Shown here one piece after another: positions 58,053 to 64,000 of a DNA stretch of 64,000 bases. The stretch is taken from contig JAYTOX010000058.1 in the NCBI GenBank assembly GCA_043747595.1, forward strand, positions 22,562-86,561, given 5' to 3'. Under the pieces are notes generated by a model that worked only from the letters and a program-made list of their open reading frames with translations, made no database searches and was not told where the DNA came from. Position 1 is the first letter of the stretch, and every line of letters begins with the position of its first letter. A program made the translations under genes and the position numbers. This stretch comes from Bacteroidota bacterium (GTDB lineage Bacteria > Bacteroidota > Bacteroidia > AKYH767-A > 2013-40CM-41-45).

Positions 58053-60128
58053 CTATTTAGCAATAGTAATTTTGATAGATTGAACTGTTGATCCATTGTT
58101 TTGAAGCACTGCAAAATAATTGCCCGACGTTTGACTTAACCACTTCACTTCGTAGCTATCGGCATCACGCATTTCATTGTTAACAGGAACAGCAACTATA
58201 CGACCCATAGAATCATAAATCTTCAAAGTTACTTTCGTTTTTGAAGTAACACGGAATTTAATATTTACCGATTCAGTAGATGGATTTGGATACGATTCCA
58301 TTAAAAGTTGAGGCGAACCTACATTCAATCCGCCTGTTGGATTAACAGCAGTGAGTACATAGCCTCCTGTACATAATCCATAACCACTCCATGGCAATTG
58401 AACATAAGGAAATGATGTGCGGAAAGTAGTATCGTTTTGCTCAACACCTGTAGTATAACCCAAAACACCTAGCAATTGAGGAGTAAGCGGACTATTTCCA
58501 ATTGTATAATCGTCGTAGAACAATCCAACTGCTGCAAGAGCGGCACCCGATACAGCTTGAAGTTCAATACGAGTTACATCATCTTCCAAACGACGACCAT
58601 TCGGGAATCCATCCATATTCGGAATATTTTGAATTGCAGTAGAAGTATTGAAACGACTATCTGTTAATCCAAGAACTGCTGCCTGAATAATACCAAGTGA
58701 GCTAAAGTCGGCCGAGTTACGAGCTGTAACCGGAACCGCCATATTAAGACGTAACATATCTCCAAAAGTTGGAAGGAAGTTATTGATGAAAGGTTTTCCG
58801 GCTGATAATGGATTACCTGGAGTTTTCCCTGTGAATAATTGATACGGTGCAAGATTCGGAACGCCTGTGTAGAAGATTGGAAGTAAATCGGCTGAACGTG
58901 GTTTACCCGCGCGCAATAAATATTTTCCGAAGATGGCAGTATCAAGTGCAGTACCTTGCGTAGCAGCATTGCCATACAATACATACAATCCATCGTGTGT
59001 ATTTCCAAAATCTACATTTCCTAAAACAGTTGGAGATGCGCGTTGAATTCTTAGGCTCGACAATGCCGGAACTGCTCCGCCAAACAAACTGTCGTCCATA
59101 TAAAGTCCAAGCTCCGGATTACAGAAATAATCATCGAAGTATGTAGAGTCTTGATAAGGAGTAAGGCTATTCCAAAAATCTTTCATACCAATTGGAATAA
59201 CAGCTTCATTAGTTAAAGGCATTCCTAAGCGAGAAACTTGAACGAAATTTCCTGTGTGTGATTCCGTTCCATTACCATTAAGTGTGCGAATGGCTGGACG
59301 ACTAGCAGAAGCCCATACACCGATAACGAAATCGCCATCGAGAATACTTGAAGCTTGCGCAACTGTCTTACCATCTTTTTGTAAGTCAGAGATATTTATT
59401 TTTAGAGCAATAACATGAACGTTTTTACATTTCAATCCATCTTTTGGAGCATCTACACCGGTACCACCAGCACGAGTTTGACCGAGGTCAAAAATTCCAC
59501 CTAAGTCAACAAAAAACGGATCGTCGGCAGGACCACAATAAACAGATTCTCCACTAGTAGCAGTTGTAATTGCATTGGTAAAGAGTGTTTCGTAGTCAGG
59601 TGAATTTAATCCTACACCTGAAGAAATAGACCGCGGGCCAATATTTGGTGGCGGCACAATTCCATTGGTTACGATTGTTGAAAAAGCTCCACCATTTACA
59701 CTTTTCTCTGCTGTGTAAGTTGTTTTCAAATTCTCTGCACCTAATCTGATATTAAAAAACGTTGATGGATCTTGATTTACTTTAGCGAAAGTGAAACGAT
59801 AAGTAATGTCGTCGCCTGCTGTTGCACCATTATTTTTTACGTGAATTTCATAACGAACATTTTCTCCGAATGAAAAATAATTTGGTCCGCCTTGCGGTAA
59901 TTCTGCAGGAACATAGGCTGCAATAATTGTTACTTTGTTCGAATCTTGCGGATCGCGGAAGGCATACAGATCTGTATTATCTGCAACCGGATCGTTACTA
60001 ATAAGCGGAGCTTCACGATGGCTCGACGCTGTCAACTGATTCTGTTGACTTGCAAAGAAAAGTCCTCCACCAATAAGGAGAAGGGCTATTGAAGCAATAG
60101 AAAGTCGTTTTTTTGTAGACGTTTTCAT
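58053..60128 (-). CDS. DUF4331 domain protein with T9SS C-terminal sorting domain
   Basis: Has a signal peptide followed by SSHREAPLISNDPVADNTDLYAF, the hallmark DUF4331 N-terminus. The C-terminus ESYPNPSTESVNIKF...GNYFAVLQNNGSTVQSIKITIAK is a T9SS CTD. Confidence 0.7.
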   Translation of the reverse strand: MKTSTKKRLSIASIALLLIGGGLFFASQQNQLTASSHREAPLISNDPVADNTDLYAFRDPQDSNKVTIIAAYVPAELPQGGPNYFSFGENVRYEIHVKNNGATAGDDITYRFTFAKVNQDPSTFFNIRLGAENLKTTYTAEKSVNGGAFSTIVTNGIVPPPNIGPRSISSGVGLNSPDYETLFTNAITTATSGESVYCGPADDPFFVDLGGIFDLGQTRAGGTGVDAPKDGLKCKNVHVIALKINISDLQKDGKTVAQASSILDGDFVIGVWASASRPAIRTLNGNGTESHTGNFVQVSRLGMPLTNEAVIPIGMKDFWNSLTPYQDSTYFDDYFCNPELGLYMDDSLFGGAVPALSSLRIQRASPTVLGNVDFGNTHDGLYVLYGNAATQGTALDTAIFGKYLLRAGKPRSADLLPIFYTGVPNLAPYQLFTGKTPGNPLSAGKPFINNFLPTFGDMLRLNMAVPVTARNSADFSSLGIIQAAVLGLTDSRFNTSTAIQNIPNMDGFPNGRRLEDDVTRIELQAVSGAALAAVGLFYDDYTIGNSPLTPQLLGVLGYTTGVEQNDTTFRTSFPYVQLPWSGYGLCTGGYVLTAVNPTGGLNVGSPQLLMESYPNPSTESVNIKFRVTSKTKVTLKIYDSMGRIVAVPVNNEMRDADSYEVKWLSQTSGNYFAVLQNNGSTVQSIKITIAK

Positions 60129-60522
60129 ATTCTAATGAATTTGGTTAATAATAAATATTGATAGATTTAATTAAACTTTAGAACACTTACGTGAGTAGAG
60201 AACAGGTTGGATTGCCGGAAATGCTAATTTAATTGAAAATAAAAATGATGTCATTAACTGAGAGGAAAAAAATATGAAATTGCCGTAGTTTAGTGGAAAA
60301 TGAATACTTTTTGGCACCCTTTATTGAAAAGAGCAAAAAGAAAAGTCTAAAACAACTTCAGCAATTCACTCATGATTAGGAAAAAAAGCTAGGAGAGAAC
60401 TATATCGAATAAATTTGATTTCATTTGAAATAAAATCAACTTAAAAAAAGGAGTAATAACCTGATAAAGTTTATTTCGAAAATTTTCTGATGACATAATT
60501 TCTACTCGGATTAAAAAGAATT

Positions 60523-61758
60523 TTATTCCTCAATAACCAATCGTTTAGAAATCGTTAGATTTTTAACTAAAATTTTTACAATATAGATCCCTGAAGGAAT
60601 CCACTCTAAATCAACCTTATCATTGTAACTTTCTTTTTCCATCACAAGTTTTCCATAGATATTGTAAATAGAAATATGTTTTAAAGAAAGATACTGATCA
60701 GCATCTGAAAATAAAAGTTGAAAACTATTTCCGGCAGGATTAGGGAATAAATCAATTGAGTTAGATCCGGTTTTATTCTCCTCTATCGAAGTCGCTATGT
60801 CAACTGTATGTCGAACAATTACTTCATTATCTAAAATAACATTTGTGCTCCAAATAAATTGTGCGTCGTTTGAAGCATCATCAAAAATATTTGTAAAATT
60901 AGTATACGCCGGCTTATTATTTACTCCAATTGTAGCATTTGAATAAAGAGTAGCGGCCGGCCACAAACTGTCATTGAAAGTAGGTTCAGACCAATTTGCC
61001 GGACGACTCCAATGCAAACCATAGAAGGATGTTCCGTTATTGACATCTGCTGTTGAACAATTATTCGACAAACGCAACGAACCATTTTCTGTCGGACAAG
61101 TGAGATCGGTAATTGGTGCTGTATAAAAAGTTTGCGCTTTCCAGTCGCTGCCGGTCTTTGCAATAATAGTGTTGTTGGCATCTTTAAAAACTGCAACCAT
61201 TCCACCATCGCCATCATGATATTGAAATCCGTTGCTCACTTCGGAACCTAATCCTAAATGTTCTTCCCAATCAACCAATAGCATGGCAATGGTAAAAGGT
61301 CTGCTCACTCGAAATCTTACAATATTTGAATTGAACTGCGTATACGGAACATTGTCTTTCCCAACAGGAATTCCATTAATATACATTTCAAAATAATTAT
61401 CTGCAAAAATAAAAGCAGTGATCAATTCACCATTCGGATCAATGGTAATAATGTCAGAACCATTGAGGGCAGCAAGTGCTGCTGAGCTATTTGTGAAATT
61501 TGCACCATTGCAAACGTTGTTTAAATCTGAAGCAAATGGAAATGTACTATTCAAATAATTTATAACTGCCGGAACTACCCAAACTGAATTATCGCTAGCT
61601 ACAATGGTTCCTACTCCGGCTATTCGTCCACTTGTACAAGTGTATAAATTACTTGTTGTAGTTGTTGCTAAGCCTTGAGTAACCGAAGCTGTTCCTAAAT
61701 ATTGAGAATATGAATTGAATGAAATAAATAAAAGTAAACTAAAGGCAAGTTGTTTCAT
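60523..61758 (-). CDS. secreted protein with T9SS C-terminal sorting domain
   Basis: Has a signal peptide. The C-terminus LFPNPAGNSFQLLF..SGIYIVKILVKNLTISKRLVIEE is a T9SS tail. Confidence 0.55.
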   Translation of the reverse strand: MKQLAFSLLLFISFNSYSQYLGTASVTQGLATTTTSNLYTCTSGRIAGVGTIVASDNSVWVVPAVINYLNSTFPFASDLNNVCNGANFTNSSAALAALNGSDIITIDPNGELITAFIFADNYFEMYINGIPVGKDNVPYTQFNSNIVRFRVSRPFTIAMLLVDWEEHLGLGSEVSNGFQYHDGDGGMVAVFKDANNTIIAKTGSDWKAQTFYTAPITDLTCPTENGSLRLSNNCSTADVNNGTSFYGLHWSRPANWSEPTFNDSLWPAATLYSNATIGVNNKPAYTNFTNIFDDASNDAQFIWSTNVILDNEVIVRHTVDIATSIEENKTGSNSIDLFPNPAGNSFQLLFSDADQYLSLKHISIYNIYGKLVMEKESYNDKVDLEWIPSGIYIVKILVKNLTISKRLVIEE

Positions 61759-61804
61759 TTAATTTTAAGGTTTAGTAACGATTAATTTAAAGGTTGAAGA
61801 GTTC

Positions 61805-63466
61805 TTATTGATGAATTAATTTAAACGTTTTAATTTCATTAATACATTTTAAACTTAATAAATAAATTCCTTGACTTACATTCCCTTCAATACTGAAAGA
61901 ATAATTTTGCCCTTCATTTAATTTTACATTTTTATTTTCTTGAATAATCTGCCCTGTACAATCGTATAATGTTATCGTAACATTATTTAATTCCAACGAA
62001 GAAATAATTTCTACTTTCATATTAAAAGGATTAACCACTTGAATCATTGAAGTCGCACTAAAAGCCGGTTCATCAACTGAAGTGATCATATTACAATTAT
62101 ATGCAATTGGATTTAATTCAATAGGGCTGCCGGGAGTAAGCGTTTGTCCGTTGAAACCCGAATAGTTAATAGGATAATAAGAGCATCTGAAAACTGCATT
62201 CATTACAGGAGTTGTTCCTTGACTCACTATTCCGTTTTGCCCTATCGGATTTACATATCGCCAAACTGTAGTTTTAGTTGAATCGATTTCAAAAAAATTT
62301 CCTTTCGAGCCTTCACAAATAATTGTATTTCCATTTGGCAATCGTTGTGCGCCTGAGATATTCATCGAATAAAAGTCGGTTGGTGTTGATGCAGCATATT
62401 TCCAAAAAGCAGAATCGGGAAGAAAAGGAAGATTAGTTGCAATTGAATAATTCCCTAACGAATCGATTGGAGGAAAAAACTGATCGATGGTTGAATAACT
62501 ACCGCCAGGTCTTCCGGGTCCATTATTAAAAAGCAAAATACTTCCGGCATTTGGCATCCCGTTTTCAATCCAGCGAGCATTATGTTGACCGAATAATTTT
62601 TTATCGCTCGCAGTACCTCGATTATAAGCCGCAGCGTTTCCCCATCGATACATCAAATCTCCACCTCTTGAATGAACACCTCCGCTATGTGAAGATGACT
62701 CAATAGTTGAAGTGCTGTGATCGATAATCCACACTTCACTTAAGTTATGTGCACTTAAAATTATTTGATCGAGAGTCGGGTTATAGTCGAGTGCATTGCA
62801 ATGAAGCCAATCGGCAGCAGTACTTGCAGTAAAATTTAGATTGATTAATTCAGGATGCTGGGAAACATTTCCATAGTTCGCTTTTGTAGAATCGAAATCT
62901 TGAATCAAATGATCCCAAGCATGCCACTCCCAAACAATATTTGCAGCATTGATTCCGACAGGCTGCAACTCTACAATTTTTTCAGACCAGAGTGTTGTAC
63001 CAAGCAACGACGGATTTCTTCCGGCGGCAATTGCTTCATTTGAAGTTTTTAATTCCCATACAATTGCCAGAACGTTTCCATTTGGCAATACTCGAATGTC
63101 GTGGTGTTGACATTGCGTTGTAGAAGACAATGTGTACGACCAAATCAAGTTACTATTCCAATCAAATAATTCAACTATTCCTCCATTTCCACCGGCAGTG
63201 AAAACATTGTTGTTAGTACTTCCCGGACGTAAGAGATTTCCATCTTGCAAAAGATAAACAGACTGACCGGGGTGATGAGTTCCTGCCCAAGAATGAACTA
63301 AGTATCCGCACTTGTCAATCAGATAAGAATTGTTTGAACTAATAGGAGAGAACAAAACATACCCATTTGCAGAGCCAACATTTTGCGTAAATAATCCAAC
63401 CGTTTGCTGGGCTAATAAATTATACGAGCAGACAATTGCAAAGATAAAGAGTACAATTTTTTTCAT
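61805..63466 (-). CDS. arylsulfotransferase (ASST)-like beta-propeller protein with T9SS C-terminal domain
   Basis: The N-terminal block GLFTQNVGSANGYVLFSPISSNNSYLIDKCGYLVHSW resembles the ASST family start. The C-terminus has a T9SS CTD. The start is set at the internal Met MKKIVLF. Confidence 0.45.
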   Translation of the reverse strand: MKKIVLFIFAIVCSYNLLAQQTVGLFTQNVGSANGYVLFSPISSNNSYLIDKCGYLVHSWAGTHHPGQSVYLLQDGNLLRPGSTNNNVFTAGGNGGIVELFDWNSNLIWSYTLSSTTQCQHHDIRVLPNGNVLAIVWELKTSNEAIAAGRNPSLLGTTLWSEKIVELQPVGINAANIVWEWHAWDHLIQDFDSTKANYGNVSQHPELINLNFTASTAADWLHCNALDYNPTLDQIILSAHNLSEVWIIDHSTSTIESSSHSGGVHSRGGDLMYRWGNAAAYNRGTASDKKLFGQHNARWIENGMPNAGSILLFNNGPGRPGGSYSTIDQFFPPIDSLGNYSIATNLPFLPDSAFWKYAASTPTDFYSMNISGAQRLPNGNTIICEGSKGNFFEIDSTKTTVWRYVNPIGQNGIVSQGTTPVMNAVFRCSYYPINYSGFNGQTLTPGSPIELNPIAYNCNMITSVDEPAFSATSMIQVVNPFNMKVEIISSLELNNVTITLYDCTGQIIQENKNVKLNEGQNYSFSIEGNVSQGIYLLSLKCINEIKTFKLIHQ

Positions 63467-63470
63467 TTTA

Positions 63471-64000
63471 TTATTTACGTAAGTGGATTTGGCATCCGAT
63501 TGATTTTGTTTCTTTAATTTGTATTTCATTTCCTTTTAATAAAGCGTCAACTGCACTTTCAATATACTTTGTCGTTACTTTAGTAGGCTCAGCTCCGTTA
63601 TCATCTATAGCTCCATTGTATTTCACAATATAAGCACCCTTTTCTTTCCAGATTACGAAAGCGTGTGGAGTTTTTTGAGCTTGAAAGTTTTTGGCAACAG
63701 TTTGAAATCCGTCGTACAGATAAGGGTAATTAAATTTTTCGGCTTTTGCCTTAGCAATCATTTTCAGATATGAATCCTCTTCATAAGTAAGCGTATCGGT
63801 CGAACTAATAGCGATAACCGGTACATCAAGCGATTTGTATTTTAGGTTCAATTTGTTAATTCGTTGAGGATATAACTTAGCAAATGGGCAATGGTTGCAG
63901 GTAAAAATAATTACAAAGCCTTTCGCTTTAGGATAATCTTTTAAAGAAACATTTTTTCCATTAATATTTTTTAAAGAAAAATCGTTTACGCTTTTGCCAT
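63471..64000 (-). CDS. TlpA/ResA-like thiol:disulfide oxidoreductase (thioredoxin fold), N-terminus beyond window end
   Basis: The in-frame upstream extension gives GFVIIFTCNHCPFAK, a CxxC motif. AhpC/TSA-redoxin-like blocks follow. The frame is open at the window edge. Confidence 0.65.
   Translation of the reverse strand, partial: GKSVNDFSLKNINGKNVSLKDYPKAKGFVIIFTCNHCPFAKLYPQRINKLNLKYKSLDVPVIAISSTDTLTYEEDSYLKMIAKAKAEKFNYPYLYDGFQTVAKNFQAQKTPHAFVIWKEKGAYIVKYNGAIDDNGAEPTKVTTKYIESAVDALLKGNEIQIKETKSIGCQIHLRK

Overview
This is a 64-kb, low-GC chromosomal segment that looks like Bacteroidota. The evidence is eight proteins with type IX secretion (T9SS) C-terminal sorting domains (CTD), a PorP/SprF gene paired with a gliding-type (type B) CTD cargo, several DUFs typical of Bacteroidota (DUF2723, DUF3098, DUF3108, DUF4271, DUF4331, DUF5777), a long-form IspG and a MurF-Alr fusion. 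Most of the window is housekeeping: ispG, leuS, scpB, ftsX-like, uppP, truB, queA, gdh, recJ, rsmI, tdk, murF-alr, meaB-like, ctpA-like S41 protease, yidD, rnpA, hemD. These sit among secreted and outer-membrane proteins.

Four things stand out:
- A tightly packed six-gene operon on the minus strand at 54.1-60.1 kb: DUF4331-T9SS protein, TPR protein, HupE/UreJ permease, a small Cys lipoprotein with a non-canonical C-x4-C-H motif, YceI-like protein, and a DUF5777 outer-membrane barrel. A paralogous mini-operon (DUF5777 plus two Cys lipoproteins) lies at 0.05-1.7 kb. This looks like an uncharacterised envelope trafficking module for a metal or lipophilic ligand.
- A REP-associated tyrosine transposase (RAYT, IS200-like HUH/Y1) at 46.4-47.0 kb, flanked by inverted palindromic REP hairpins. 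More copies of the same REP lie at 26.1-26.4 kb, and an adjacent T9SS cargo gene is truncated.
- A second, apparently novel composite intergenic repeat family at eight or more sites, mostly at 3' ends of convergent genes. Each copy has a (GAAGTAA)n heptamer array, a hairpin/T-run, and a conserved tail CACTCACCAATTACCACTCACTACTCAC. Two gene stop codons and one CDS 3' end are embedded in these repeats.
- A small Met/His-rich secreted protein with a duplicated HVCTAxCM motif.

No tRNA, rRNA or CRISPR was found. Every call rests on reading motifs in the supplied translations and DNA; no database search was possible.
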